Source: Lytechinus pictus | Taxonomy: Eukaryota | DNA: 64,000 bases | NCBI RefSeq assembly: GCF_037042905.1 | Contig: NC_087245.1 | Span: 5,024,001 to 5,088,000, forward strand | Reading direction: 5' to 3' | Part shown: positions 13,027 to 26,920 of the stretch, piece by piece | How the letters are laid out: every line of letters starts with the position of its first letter | Position numbering within the stretch: the stretch's first letter is position 1 | Notes under the pieces: generated by a model | What the model was told of the DNA's origin: nothing | The model's database searches: none | Seen by the model: the letters and a program-made list of their open reading frames with translations, nothing else | Made by a program: the position numbers and the translations under genes

Positions 13027-14403
13027 GTAACAGGTCAAAATGAACTGTTAAATGGAAATTCATATATTTTCATTACTCTTAATTATTTGTCTGTAAGTAA
13101 TAGATGCCTGCACAGGAAGTAGTAGAAAGTAGAAATTTTTAACAATCTTCATGCTTTTTAAGAAGTATGATTCACACTCTTTCTGGGTAAGAGTGATGCT
13201 GGATGGTCTTTGGGTCAAAACACCACATTCCAGAGCTATGAGCTTGTATGACGTAGATAATTATGGTCAAGGCTTAGCATCTGTGAATGGAGAGTGATAA
13301 CTGCATAAAAGGGAGAAAGAATTCTGCTCCAATTCACTCCTGCACTGCACCCCATTCATGGGGCAGGCAGAGAGGCTTCTTCATTTTCGGGTCAGAATTA
13401 TTTATTTTGTCAATTCTGTTAGTTTTGAATAATAGTTTATAGCGTTGATTCGCAATGTATTTTCTATTGTTTTGAATAAGAGTTCAGGTTATATTGAAGT
13501 GTTGCTTTGCTAGCATAGCATGTTATTTGTCTTAATTTAAAGGGGTTTTGTTAATTAAATAGTTTATTAGTTATGCATCTGTGTTTGTTACTTCAGATGA
13601 TTTTTATGTACTTTTGTTATATTTTGTATTAATCACTTGTACTTGTATACTTGATTGTAAGTATGTAGTTATAAACATAAAATGTGTTCGGTTCTAATCT
13701 TATAGTAAAATGATCTTTAGAGTAAAAGATTTTGGTTAAATTGATTTTGGTTATTGAATTGTTAATTCAATGTTTCAGTTTTGTGTCTTCAGAGTTAAGG
13801 GTCACGATGATTGCTTATGGCGATGGCGAATGTGTAATAATTGTTACTTTCCTTTTTAAGGTATTTGACATGACATTCGTGTAGCGGGTGAGGCTCTCAC
13901 CAGAGGAAATATGGTCCTCTAGGCCAGATTGCCAGGGTGAGTGGTTATCATTTATTAACCACTGTATTTCAATGTTAATTTGTTGGCATATTCTAATTGT
14001 TGTTTGGTAAATTTCACTTGATGGATGTATTTCATTTATTTGTTGGAAGAGTTATCCATAACGATGGAGGAACTGAATTTGTGATTAGATGAGTTGAATT
14101 CAGGCAATATTGATTAGGTTTAATGAATGGATATAGACAACATGTTTATAATTTATTCTTACGAGTCTACTTGACGTCATATTGATGAATGTTTATCTTA
14201 GAGTCACAAGCAAATATGTGTATATTTCTATTTTGTGCATTTTTTCAAACATATCATAATTCTATTTCATTGTTTTGTTCTTATTGGTTTTTGCAGGGTT
14301 TTTTCTATCTTTTGTATATAACGATCCATCGATTATTAAACGAACCGAAACACAAAGAATGGTGTCGTGTGTCATCTTTCTACATCAGTTTCCGCGTGTT
14401 ACA
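13026..14403 (+). mobile_element. Solo LTR (~1.38 kb) inserted in a TA microsatellite
   Basis: TGTAACA...TGTTACA termini; TATA flanks; ATTAAA shortly before the 3' end followed by a GT-rich U5-like stretch. Confidence 0.7.
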
Positions 14404-15767
14404 TATATATACACATAAAATTATATGACAGTCACTTCTTTCTTATCAAAGAACATAGATATATAACTAGATAACTCGAGCGCGAAGCGCGAGCTTTATT
14501 TATTTATTTTTTTGGGGGGGGGGAATTTCATGTATTTTGTCCTGAAAAATTGAACATTTTGAGCAATGTTTGTGGTCCTGAACAAGATGCATATGTAACA
14601 AATAATAACTGCGAAAGTGATCAGTGCGAGCAGATATTTTTTATATACGCTCTGGTCTGATCGAAAGGGAAGTGTTATAAGGACTGTTTGCAGTTACTAA
14701 TTAAGACTATACATATATCAACAATCAAATAATGCGAGCGCGAGCTGAAAAATTTGACATTCCGACCTAAATACTGGACATTCTAAGCACTTTTCTTATC
14801 ATGAACAGGATAGGTATATAACTATACAATTGATGCGAGCGCGAAGCGCGAGCAGAAACAAAATTGAGATTTCAGACCAAAAAACCGAGACATTCTAAGC
14901 ACTTTTCTAATAATGAAGAGGATAGGTACATAACTATACAATCGATGCGAGCGCGAGCAGAAATAAAAAAAAATGAGATTTCAGACCTAAAAACAGGACA
15001 TCTTAAGCACTTTTCTTATCATGAACAGGATATGTATATATATAACTATACAATCGATGCGAGCGCGAAGCGCGAGCAGAAATAAAAAATGAGTTTTCAG
15101 AACTAAAAACAGGACATCTTAAGCACTTTTCTAATCATGAACAGGATAGGTATATAACTATACTGTACAATTGATGCGAGCGCAAAGCGCGAGCGGAAAC
15201 GAAATTGAGATTTCAGACCTATAATTGGGACATTCTATTCATGTTTTGTAAATCAAGAAAATGATGGGAAATTTGATATTTATTCTTATATTAATAATGT
15301 GAGCGCGAAGTGCGAGCAGATAATTTTTGATATTCTGATCTGAAACTCCACACTGAATGTATTATGGTTTGAACAGATAAAGAGAAATCAGACGAACATG
15401 AGAATAAAGATTTGATCAAAATCCGACAAGGAATATCAAAGTTATTGCATTTAAAGTTTAGCATTATTCCGGTGAAACAGTTTTAAGTATGTCTTCATTA
15501 ATATTCAATGAGCAAACTGATGATGTCATATCCCCACTTGTTCTTTTGTATTTTATTATATAAAATTAGGTTTATTTAATATTTTCCCTTCAAGAACCAA
15601 AAACAGTTGAATTGACAACTGGTTTAGTCTATTAGATATTCTTTGCTGCAACTTATTTCATTACAAGGGAGACATATCATTCACACTGGTATGAAAAAAT
15701 GAAACAATTTTGATTCCATGTAATAACACAAGAAACAGGATAGCGGGGATGTGACATTTTCAACCCA

Positions 15768-16021
15768 CATGGGCGGAAATCCCAGAGGGGACAGGGGGAC
15801 GTGTCCCCCCTACCAAAAATAGTAGGGGGACACAATATAAAATGTCCCCCTACTGTTTTTGGTCTTTCATGGAGAAAAATACATCACTTTACAATCGAAA
15901 TAATACCTTTTGGACTAAATGACCTAACATTTTGGGTGAAAAACTTTTTCTTCTTTTTTTTTGCTTGTCAAATTTTCCAGGCCCTGGTTCCCCTACCTTT
16001 GGGGACAGATTTCCGCACAAG
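15768..16021. mobile_element. hAT-like MITE nested in a TTAA-family element
   Basis: CATGGGCGGAAATC/GATTTCCGCACAAG termini; 8-bp TSD TCAACCCA. Confidence 0.8.
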
Positions 16022-18403
16022 TCAACCCACCTAATAAATATTCATGACGACATGCATATCACCATTTTCATAAAATATTGCTAAACTTTAGAATTAAATA
16101 ACTTAACTATTTGTTATCAGATTTTCATAAAATTGTATTTGATATAAATATTTTCAGCCCGGAGTAGCCCCAAAACAAGCTGCGTACCTGAATAAACATG
16201 CGAGCGCGTGTTTAGAGTTAGACCTAGTATCTGGGCTTTGTTAATACATTTTTTTTTTTTTTATAAAAATCAATAATGCGAGCGCGAAGCGTGAGCAGAA
16301 AATATTTGATCTGAAAATATTCCGATCTGAAAAAGGGTGAATTAAAACACTATTTTAAGTACTGTGTCGGAAAATTCTGAAGGGGGGTCTACAAAACGTC
16401 GTTCATTTTCATTACATTTCTGTCATTTATCAACTTACCACTAGATTTCCAGGAGGTGCTGCCTATGGAAAATAACACATGCAGCACCCCCAGATTTTGG
16501 TGGTGCTTCACCCCCAGCACCCCCGCTTCCCAGGGCCATGGTGCAGGGCGAAAAAGACTGTGAAATTTGATTTCTATTGTCCGACTTGTAATTGTTAATA
16601 CAAAACACGGGCGGTCGGGCGCGCGCACTCTTGATTCGACATAAAACCTGGAAGTTTCAAGTCCGTCCAACCACACCCATGTCCCTCCCTGCTATCGAGT
16701 AGTGTGTAAACTATGGTTATCACGTATCGCGCGCGACCACGTCTGTATCGCGTTATAGGAGGGATGTTATTGGAATATGTGAAAGACTATGTAAATGATT
16801 TGTGATTGTCGGATGCGATAATTATGTACATTATAACATATATAAAAAAATACAAAGGGAACCTGATTTCGTGGGGGTGCTTCCTATGGAAAATAATACA
16901 CCCCCAGCACCCCCGCTTCCCAGGTCCCTGTTGATAATAGTTTCGAAATGTGAAACACCTCAAGATTTGACAATTTTTCAACTCAACATATTTCCACAAA
17001 CTCCGTGACAATGCAAACATTAGATTGGTTTGTATATATTTTGTGATGTTATGTGTCAATCAAGTAATTTCAAATCATATTGCAAAAAAAAAAAAGAAGA
17101 AACAAAACATTGTAACATTATTTTTTCAAGTTTGCTTGTAAAAGTGAGCAGATGTGTCTGCAGATATCCGGAAAGGAAACGAAAAGTGTGAAACAACTTC
17201 TGAATATTATGTTAAAGTCTATATAGTTTTGTATTAAAAGGTATACTCTGGCCCCCCGAGTATATCTTTTAATTCAAAGTCGGGGGTAGGGGAAAATGAG
17301 AGTGAGCGAAATTTTAAGATTTTACTCTTTACGACATTCCTGGTCAAATCAAATTGTTTTGCTCATTAGCTCATTGGCCGAGGCTACAATGATAAGGTCA
17401 CACGACATTTGCTCCTGCGACAATTGCTCCGGGCTTTATTTCGACCGTTAGGGTTGCAACAGGTTTTTTTTTTAATGTTAGGTTTAGGTTTTATAGGTTA
17501 GAGTATAGTGTCAAACACAGGGTTGAAGTTAGTATTTCAATTAGTGTATGGAATTTAGAGCGGAGCAATATTGTCGCCAGAGCAAAGGTTATGGAACCCT
17601 TTATAAACGTGCTTTGTAAAAAAAATAATAACCTTGCGCTTCGCGCACGTATCCTGATCATTTTATCAAAAAATGCTTAAAATGTCAAAATTTTCAGGTC
17701 AGAATATCAAAAATTTTCAATGTGTTTACAAAATTAAAAAAAATGCACGCTGGTATTAATAATTTGTTTGGTTAGATAAACGTTCTTATATATAGCCATG
17801 ATGACAAAAGTTGCTCAGAATGTCATTTACTTTTTACACGTTTTAGGTCTGAATGTAAAAAAATGAGCTTGCCCTTAGCGCTTGCATTACTAAATTAACT
17901 ATAATGATTTGTATTTAGGCAAAATGTTTGTGGTAGGGTCCATGGTTAAAGTTATGGTGATAACATCAGTTTTTAGCTAGGACTATACCCGCCCGCCCCT
18001 CCAAAATAAGGGAAAACAAATCCTGACTTTTTTTCAACAAACACACAAAGCAATATTATCAGATTTTAGTGGCCGATCGGGGAAAATGCATGTGGATGGA
18101 ATTACCCCCCACTGGCGAAAGCTGGATCCGCCCCTGAACTAGCAAGTCAGTTTGTAAGGCAGTGAGGATATGCAATCTGCAAGAAAAATCCATTATTTCA
18201 TGCATTCGGCATCAACCGGGCTTTGAAGATGATGCGTTATGTATACTCCATCTGTTCTTCTTCTTATTTTTTTTCATCCATATAGGTGCATCAACTGCGG
18301 TCACACTGACTATGAACGGATTCAAAGACAGGATTTTTATGATCGACTGCCCAGGGGTGGATATAGGGTCCGGGGGGGGGGCAGGGCTGGGAACGATTTT
18401 TAA

Positions 18404-19014
18404 AGGACAAGTCCACCCCCAACAAAAAGTTGATTTGAATAAAAAAAGAAAAATCCAATAAGCATAACACTGAAAATTTCATAAAAACGTCGCGGATGTA
18501 AAATAAGAAAGTTATGACATTTTAAAGTTTCGCTTAATTTCACAAAACAGTTATAAATATACATCCTGGTCAGTATGCAAATGAGGAGACTGATAATGTC
18601 ATCCAATCACTATATTTCTTTTGTATTTTATTATATGAAATATGAAATATTCTAATTTCTCCTCATTGTGAAGTGAAACAACAATTAATTCCTCCCTCAA
18701 CATGTGGAATTGCCATTGTTTAATACCATATGGTTCAGTCAAGTTGGTCCTTATTGTCAAATCTGTAAAAAATGAAATATTATATAATTCAAACAATAAA
18801 AAACAAAAGAAATGGTGAGTGAAAGACATCATCGTCTGTCTCACTTGCATGTCACTGAGTTGTGCATATAACTATCTCGTGAAAAATAAGCGAAACTTTA
18901 AAATGTCATAATTTTCTTATTTTTACATCCGATTTTGATGAAATTTTCAGCGTTATGCTAGTTTTATTTTTCTTTATTTATGCAAATCAACATTTTCTGG
19001 GGTGGACTTGACCT
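18404..19014. mobile_element. TTAA-flanked (Kolobok-like) MITE
   Basis: AGGACAAGTCCACCCC...GGGGTGGACTTGACCT with long imperfect IRs; TTAA on both sides. Confidence 0.85.
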
Positions 19015-19187
19015 TTAAACTAGGGATGCTGAAGTAAATTTGACAAGCAAAAAAAAAGGGTTTTCACTAAAAAAATATAGGTAATTTTGCTTACATTTCT
19101 CAATTTTTTAACACCTACCAGAGTATTCATGGGGATGCTGCCTATGGAAAATAATACACGCAGCACCCCCAGGGTAAATCTTGGGGG

Positions 19188-20069
19188 CAGGGGCGTCGAT
19201 CCATTTTTCAGATTGGGGGGGCAAAATCATGAATCAACTTTCCAAAGGCGCTCGATCACACAAAACAAACAAACTCACCCACACACACCCTTATATGCCT
19301 ATATATATATCTATACACACACACACACATATATATATATATAAATATGTATATGACTCATGAGATAGAGGCACATATCTCACCAACAAATTAATGCGAG
19401 CGCGAAGCGCGAGCTGAATTTTTTTTATTTACTGATCTGATAACAGGAAAAAGGTGCCTGTTTAGGACTGTTTGTCATGAGGATACATATCTCACTACAC
19501 AGATAATGCGAGAGCCGGATGTGAAATTTCTTTATATTCTGACCTGTAAGCTTGATATTATGCATTTTTGGTACCAATGATTAAGATGGGTATCTAAAAA
19601 ACAATAGATGCGAGCGCGAAGCGCGAGCTGAAAATTTTGATATTTTGATCAGAAAAAAATTGAGTTTAATGGACGTTTTTAATTAAGAACAAGATATATA
19701 TCCAACAAAAGATTATTGCAAATCGAACCGCGAGCTATTTTGAGGCTTAGAACTGAAAACGGGACATTCTATTCACCTATTAATCATGAAAAGTATGGGT
19801 TTTTGCTACAGAAATGATGCGAGCGCGAAGCGCGAGCTGAAAATTTTTATATTCCAATCTGAAAAGCGGACATTTTGAGCATGATTTTAAATAAAGAACG
19901 AATTGTGTATTTCGATCTCGCTTGCTGATTTCTGTGTAACATTACAATCTTATTTTATTTTTTACACATGCGGAATTATTGGGGGGCAAAACGATATGTT
20001 TGCCCCCCCCCCCCAGTATTTTCATTGGTGGGGCGATCGCCCCCCTGCCCCCCAGGATCGACGCCTCTG
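19188..20069. mobile_element. hAT-like MITE
   Basis: CAGGGGCGTCGATCC/GGATCGACGCCTCTG; perfect 8-bp TSD CTTGGGGG. Confidence 0.85.
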
Positions 20070-21790
20070 CTTGGGGGTGCGACAGCACCCTCGCTTGCAG
20101 GGCAATACGGGGGGGGGGGGCAATTTGAAATCGTGGACGCAGGTTTAATGGTGGCGTCATGCATGCAGGAACGCAAGTCACGTCGTATACCCAGTGACAT
20201 CATGAGCCTGCATGCCCCTACTAAAATTGAGAAGCACATCATTGTGTGAGTGAAAAAAAAATGACAACTGAAGTTCCAAGCGAGCGAACAAACCGTGACC
20301 TGTAATAGATTTTGACATAATATTCAGAAAATAATTTTCATATCTTAGCCTTTCCCCTTTGCTTCTATCTATATTCTTATTCTCCTCCTTTTGTTTTTTT
20401 TCTTGGTCATGCAAATTTGGGACATGGCCCCAAGCCCCCTCTCCCCATGTATGCCTGTATTGGGGGCGAGGCCGTTTCGGCCCCTACTCCTTCGATTTGT
20501 TTTATTTTTTTTCACCTGTTGGATCGTTCCCACATGACCCTTTTTCCTCCCCTCTAATTTTCCCCCTCTCTTTTCCTTAAAATTTTCGTTTTTATTTCCT
20601 CTTCTCTATAACCGGTTTGTTAATTAGCTTTATCGTTGGTAGTGCGTCCGTCTCACATCCGGGAGGTCGGAAGTTGGGAGTGAGGATTCATGTTTTGTTT
20701 TGAATTATTTTTGCTTTTCAAAATGTTCCTGACATAAATCGCCATTATAATTTTGAGTGAATACCCCACTTTTTTTTCTAGGGGGGGGGGGGGGCTAGTT
20801 ATTTTTTTCTGTCAGACAGAAATGCTTCCATTTTAGAAAAAATCTTGGATCCACCCTGGGTACCGGCGTTCAACAATAAATTTAAGGGATATCGATTGGG
20901 CAAAAAAATGAATTTTCGAAGTATATATATTTCTATTTCAGATTTCATTTCGAACGACAAATGAAAAATAAATTGAATTTCCCTTTTGCTCCTTTCTATT
21001 CTCACTCTCTCTCCTTATTTTTGATTCACAAGGGAGAGAGAATCCGGATCTGCACTTTAGTAGTAATTCAACTTGTGAATACAAGCGCAAAGCGCGAGGT
21101 AAACATTTTTGACATTCCTATCTGAAAAATTTTATGCACGTTTTTTATTAACAAACGAATTATATTTTTTTTTAATAGTATAAAATTTTGTTCACTTTAA
21201 ATGAAAAGTATATGATTGGCAACTGATTTAATTTTAAGATGATAATCACTGCTGCAACTTTGCAAGCCCAAGGGAGACATATCAAGGGGACATGATTAAA
21301 ATGTGAAATAATTATGGTCATCTGACCTGCATAATAACTTCGTTATTGATGTCGGATTTTTTTCTCGATGAATTTTACTCTATTATTTACCGGTATACTC
21401 AACCCAGAGTACCTCGGAAGTTGCTTGTCCTTAAAAAAAAAAAAAAAAAAAAAAAATGCGGGAGGCAGTCCCTATAGTCTGTCAATAGAGGGACTTGTCG
21501 TCTGCTACCTGGCTATGATGTGAAAATGACTTTCAGTCATGTAATTCTTCTATATATTTCTTTTTTCAAGATCTAGTTAGATTATGTTCACATTGGTTCA
21601 CTTAATACGTTAAAGTATCGAAAGAGTAATTGAAAGGTTAAATTCGCATTCATTTTCTGAAAACACTTTTTCACTTTGGTCATTTTTCCGGTCACTTTCA
21701 TGCGCTAGCTGCATTTGGCGATGATGCATCAACTGGCTGGCCTGGAGCGTGGATGACCATGATTGAACTCTATATATACGTACGTTCCAC

Positions 21791-21910
21791 ATCAGACCAT
21801 GGCTTTTCAACCAATCAAAATTCAGAGCTGGTCATGGTAGTGTGATGTCTGCTAGGCCTAGGTGATGTGACTGCCGGGATATACGAGGGGTAGAAACCGA
21901 CAATATAAAG
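21791..21910 (+). promoter_or_regulatory. Putative FDFT1 promoter and 5'-UTR exon with SRE-like and CCAAT elements
   Basis: ATCAGACCAT (21791-21800), CCAAT (21811-21815) and GTAGTGTGAT (= ATCACACTAC on the minus strand, 21837-21846), then a donor AAG|gtaatt at 21910/21911. The ATG exon has its own acceptor, so an upstream non-coding exon is required. Confidence 0.5.
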
Positions 21911-22210
21911 GTAATTCTCTAACGTTAAGTCTAAAGTTTATTACTTGATGTTGAATATTAGTTCTAAAGTAAACTTGGTGTTACATGTTATAAGTTACAG
22001 GTTGCACATTGTGTAGTTTGAAGTCAAAACTACGTATTCAGTTGGTTATTTTGCGATGATGAATCACATTTCGTTTCGATAAGTGCCGCTCCATGAGCCC
22101 GCTGTAGGTTGATTTGATGTCCAAGCTGGCTCAGGTGCTTCGCGGCGAAGCGGCGCGTTGACACCGCGGTGGATGGAGCTGAGGCTGTATTAATTGCACA
22201 GCAATTACCC

Positions 22211-22744
22211 CCCGGGGGGGGCACTCAGTATATAATGCATAGTGGGTATGTGCCGCGGAGGGGACCCCCATTTTTACACTCAAATTTCCGTTCCAAGGCA
22301 TAGCATTTTTGTCCTATTGAGAAAAAAAACAAAGAAAGCCGCTCCAAGGCATAGCATTTCCTTCTTATCGAGAAAAAAGAAGAAAGAAATCCGCTCCAAA
22401 GCTTTGCATATTTTTCGTTACGCCGTTCCGGTCGCATTGATCTGCTACAATTTTGGTGAAAAGCGGCCGTAGAGCGCTTTTCGACCATCGCCTAATCGCG
22501 AGCGCACCCAGCGGAGGCCGCGCTAGCTGCGTCATGCACGATTGCCCGTTCCATAGGGATGCATATACGCATTCACAGAGATACGGAGATCCGTTCCGAG
22601 GACCCCCGTTTTCACAAACATTTGTAGTTCCGAAGCCCGTTCCGAGGACCCTCCTTTTTACAATAAGCCCGCTCCAAGGCCCCCGTTTTTTGCCTCGCCC
22701 GCGGCACACCCCTACCACTTTTTTGGTCGAGTGCCCCCCCCGGG
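22211..22744. mobile_element. CCCGGGG-terminated MITE, 8-bp TSD AATTACCC
   Basis: TIR CCCGGGGGGGGCACTC/GAGTGCCCCCCCGGG; second copy at 57647-58192. Confidence 0.85.
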
Positions 22745-23280
22745 AATTACCCGTGGCAGCACAGCCACAGGCACAGGGAGTAGGAGTCATTTTTCTTTAT
22801 CAAGGTGTGTGTGTATGTGTGGGGGGGGGGGTGACATTCTTGTATATACAGCTAGACTGCCTACCGTATTCACTCTGTAACTGTAATGTAAGCCAAGCAG
22901 TTTATTCCGGGATTTTAAACTTTATTGTCTTGAAATATATTTCAACAACTGATTCACAGCAGACTTTGTCTTTACTAGACTTTAGATGGGAGGTTCAATT
23001 AAGGCATCTAGCTTCTTGGATTGAACTGGAGTAAGAAGTTCAATAATCATTACAGAGTGAAATCCAAATCTAACTATAAAATGGAAAAATGTATTAGAAC
23101 ACGGTGTATTCAGTAAACTCGTAAGCAGTCAAGAGGCAATTATTGTGAGATAGCAAGGAGATATCTCCTTGGATATAGAAATGTTATCATTACATGTATT
23201 GCCTGGGTCAAATAACATAAGTACATTGCACATGTACCTTACAATGTGCAAATGTAGACTGCGGTTGTTTGTACTTTCCA

Positions 23281-23837
23281 CTCGATGGAAAGAAGATGCG
23301 GATAAAATTGAGAAAGTCCAGAGAAGAGCAACTAAGATGGTGCAGGAGATAAAAGAACTCCCCTACACAGATAGATTAAAAGTATTGGACTTACACTCCC
23401 TGTACTATATAGAAAAAGGAGAGGAGATGCCATTATGGTATTTAAAATACGGAAAGGAATAGTCAAGATGGACTCAAGTCACTTTTCTTGCCATCGACAA
23501 GTTCACATCTTCGAGGTCATATAAAAGATATTCAAAGAACGATCTAGACTCGACATATGCAAATGCGTTTTTAGTAACAGGGTAGTGAATGACTGGAATA
23601 GCCTCCCCCAAGAAGTTATTGACTCAGGCTCTATCGATGTATTCAAATTAAGACTCGATAAGTTTTGGTGGTCTGAGCGTTTCAATCTTCAATGATCAAA
23701 ACCGTCTCTACCCTCCACGTTTGCAAGTTTTTGTTCTTGTATAATAACACATTGTATGGAGATGGAGGACTAATTCCAGATGAAGGGATCGAGGTCAACA
23801 GGATTACCTCACCTCATAACATGATGATGATGATGAT
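23281..23837 (+). mobile_element. 5'-truncated, frameshifted CR1-clade LINE fragment
   Basis: IEKVQRRATKMV..L.Y.DRL, then FSNRVVNDWNSLP..V......FK.RLD in another frame (CR1 ORF2 C-terminus); (GAT)n tail. Confidence 0.85.
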
Positions 23838-25155
23838 TAAATTAAAAGTTGCTCAATCATAGTACAGCGGGATGTCGAAAAGAAGTGATAGTGAGAGAAA
23901 GGGGGGGGGGGTGATAAAATGAGTGAGACAGAAACAGTGGTGGGAAAAAATTAGTCTGACCATGGACCTACTACTTAGAGTAGTAGGTCCATGGTCAGAC
24001 GGACAGCACTTGAGGAAAATGAGAGACAGGGAAAAGTGAAAGAGACCTACACGGAAAATGAATGAGAGACAGATAGACAGTGGGAAAAATGAATGAGAGA
24101 GAGTGACAGTGGGGAAAATGAATGTGAGAGACAGTGGAAAAATCAGAGAGAGATGAAGAGAGATAGAGAAATTATAAATAATACAAAAGAGCGAGATGTG
24201 GCTGTATACACTGCCTATAACATAACAAAATTTCTTACCACTTATGACCAGCATTTGATAGTAGCCTAGGCCTAACAGTTAGGGCTAGGCTATACTAGAT
24301 TTCTAGATCTAGAGTCTTTTAAGTAACGTTAAGTTCTCTCGGCCTAGAGTCTACTCTAGGCTAGATCTGCAATCTAAGTTAGATCTAACAATAACTGTAG
24401 GTGTTAGAACTATTCTGAATTTGAACCCCTCCCCATACAAATTCATTGAAAAAAAGTTTTATACAGTACTATGTACTACATCAGCCAAACAAATTTATTA
24501 TACGTTAGAATTACAGAATGGGGCTTCACTGCAGAATCATTCACAATAAAATAGATAAGTAGGTTTGTCAGAAAGTCGTACTCACCGGTAACCACTGAGG
24601 ACATCGGCCGATTATGGTATGTTGTTTACGTATTACGTTTCAGTAGCACACATACATGCAGCCAGCACATGAGTACGTACGTACTGTATACCGTACCATT
24701 CCCGGTCGACGGTCGGCATGATGGCATATGCATGCTTTGTATTTCGCTGACCCGAGAGAAGTAAAAGAGACTGGGAACTTCGAAGCTATACTAACTCAAA
24801 AAAGTTACGAATTGTAAAAAAACTTTAAGTAATGCGACCAAAATACCACAAACAACCCCCCTCATGACAATCTGCAAACAATTTAACTATGTTTAGAAAA
24901 AATTCCAGCTCGATTGAGTGGAAAACCACAGAGAAAAGCGCCGTCAAACAAACTGAAGGACACACAAGATTAGCCAAGTTATAGTAAGGATAGTTCTCGG
25001 GGATAGGTTGGATGTTCATGAATTAAAGCAAAATCAAACCAGTTTAGATTATTTTTAATTATTAGCCATTGCCTAGGACAGGGCAAGAATTCCTTATTTT
25101 TTAGAGGGACTCCAGCTGCCTGTTACTGGGTTAGAATTGATGGTGTTTAGATTAA

Positions 25156-25742
25156 AGGACAGGTCCACCCCAATAAAAAGCTGATTTTGAATAGAAAGAG
25201 AAAATTCAAACAAGCATAACACTGAAAATTTGATCAAAATCGGATGTAAAATAAAAAAGTTATAATATTTTAAAGTTTCGCTTAATTTCACAAAACAGTT
25301 ATAGACTATGCACATCCTGTTCGGTATGCAAATGAGGGGACCGATGACATCACCCACTCACTATTTCTTTTGTATTTTATTATATGAAATATTTCAAATA
25401 TTTTGATTTTTTCGTCACTCATGTGAAACAAAGTTTCATTCCTCCCTGAACACGTGGAATTCCATTATTTTAACATTTTGTGGTTCAGGCAAGGAGGTCC
25501 TAATTGAAAAATTGAAATATTGTATAATTCAAATACAAAAGAAATAGTGAGTGAGTGACATCATCAACTCTCTCATTTGCATATCACTGAGTTGAGCATA
25601 GAACTGTTTTGTGAAAAATAAGCGAAACTTTAAAATGTCAAAATTTTCTTATTTTACATCCGATTTTGATGAAGTTTTCAGCATTATTCATGCTTGATTT
25701 TTCTCTATTTAATTCAACTGTTTTCTGGGGTGGACTTGACCG
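25156..25742. mobile_element. TTAA-flanked (Kolobok-like) MITE, same family as 18404
   Basis: Matching termini and internal sequence; TTAA flanks. Confidence 0.85.
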
Positions 25743-26920
25743 TTAAGGTACTGAGGCCTTGCCCTAGCCTAGGCTAGGCAGTTTTTAAGTTGGAGCTTAT
25801 TAGATCTAGGAAGTTAGATCTAATAAGTTCCAATTTAGAAACTGCCTAGGCCTTGAGGGTTCATTACATGCCGCCACGCACGTATATCAAGCCATAGAAG
25901 TCGTGTGTTGTGGATGCCAGAAGTGGCATCGCAGCACGCGTGACCCACTGCACTAGTTAGAAATCCACTGCCAAACGCCATTCTGTGTGTGAGGTTGGTA
26001 AATAGTATACTACTAAACCTCGCACTAACTGTGAGTGGCCTTAAACATGTTAGGCCTAGGTTTAGACCGATAACTCAGTCTATTTCGGTTAATGGTGTTG
26101 GTATACAATCCTAGTATACATCATGGCATACATGTTTTTGTTCGTTTGTTTCTTTTATCATTTTGCCAAGCAACTTTCCAATATGGGAGATTGTCTCCCA
26201 TGTTGGCTGTTTGCCTCTTGCATTTTAACTCGTACTCAACTAACCCAGAGAGCTTCGGTGGAACCCAGAAGGTAGCCATAGCATAGGCTGCCACAGTTAA
26301 CAAATACTTACATGGTTACCTCCGAGGTTGGGGTACGTACCAAAAACATTCAAAATTAAAGAAAAGAAAAAAAATCATTCACCCACCTTATTTCTATGGA
26401 TGTAGGTCCAACGGACAGCATGAATCCTGATATCAAGGCAGTAGCCAGACCCTCAAAAAAGGGGGGGAAAGGCTACGTTCGTTCACTGAAATTCACACAA
26501 ATTTGCAAAGAAAACTGGCCGATCAATATTATATACTGATTGATTTACTGAGGGAGCATGTGCAAAATAGACTCGGCCAAATTCGTGCATAGTAGTAAAA
26601 CCCAAAGAGCTCTGGCCCACAGCTCTTTGGGTTTTTCTCGACTAAAGTTTCGATATTAGGCAACAACAAGTTCAGTCCTTTTTCTGTGGTTCTACCACAC
26701 TCAAAATCAATGATTTATAACCGGTACCTGTATTACATCATGTGTTATTTTCACCGCCGATCTGAAAACACAGGAAATGCAAGAATGCATTTCCATGGCG
26801 ATACTTGCGAAAGCAATTTCAAATCGGCTGTGAAATTAATATTTGCAACATTTCATGTTTTGATGATCAACGGAAACACAAATTTTCTCCATTGCAGGTT
26901 GGGATCTGATATTCTCAATC

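Larger units (their letters stand above)
12873..16930. mobile_element. hAT-like non-autonomous element hosting nested insertions
   Basis: TIR CAGGGACCTGGGAA/TTCCCAGGTCCCTG; perfect 8-bp TSD TTGATAAT; internal ~112-117-bp tandem repeats at 14730-15320. Confidence 0.88.

Noticed and set aside
22225..23034. ORFs up to 193 aa, duplicated at 57665-58248
   Set aside because: Lie in a MITE; reading frames are not preserved between the two copies.
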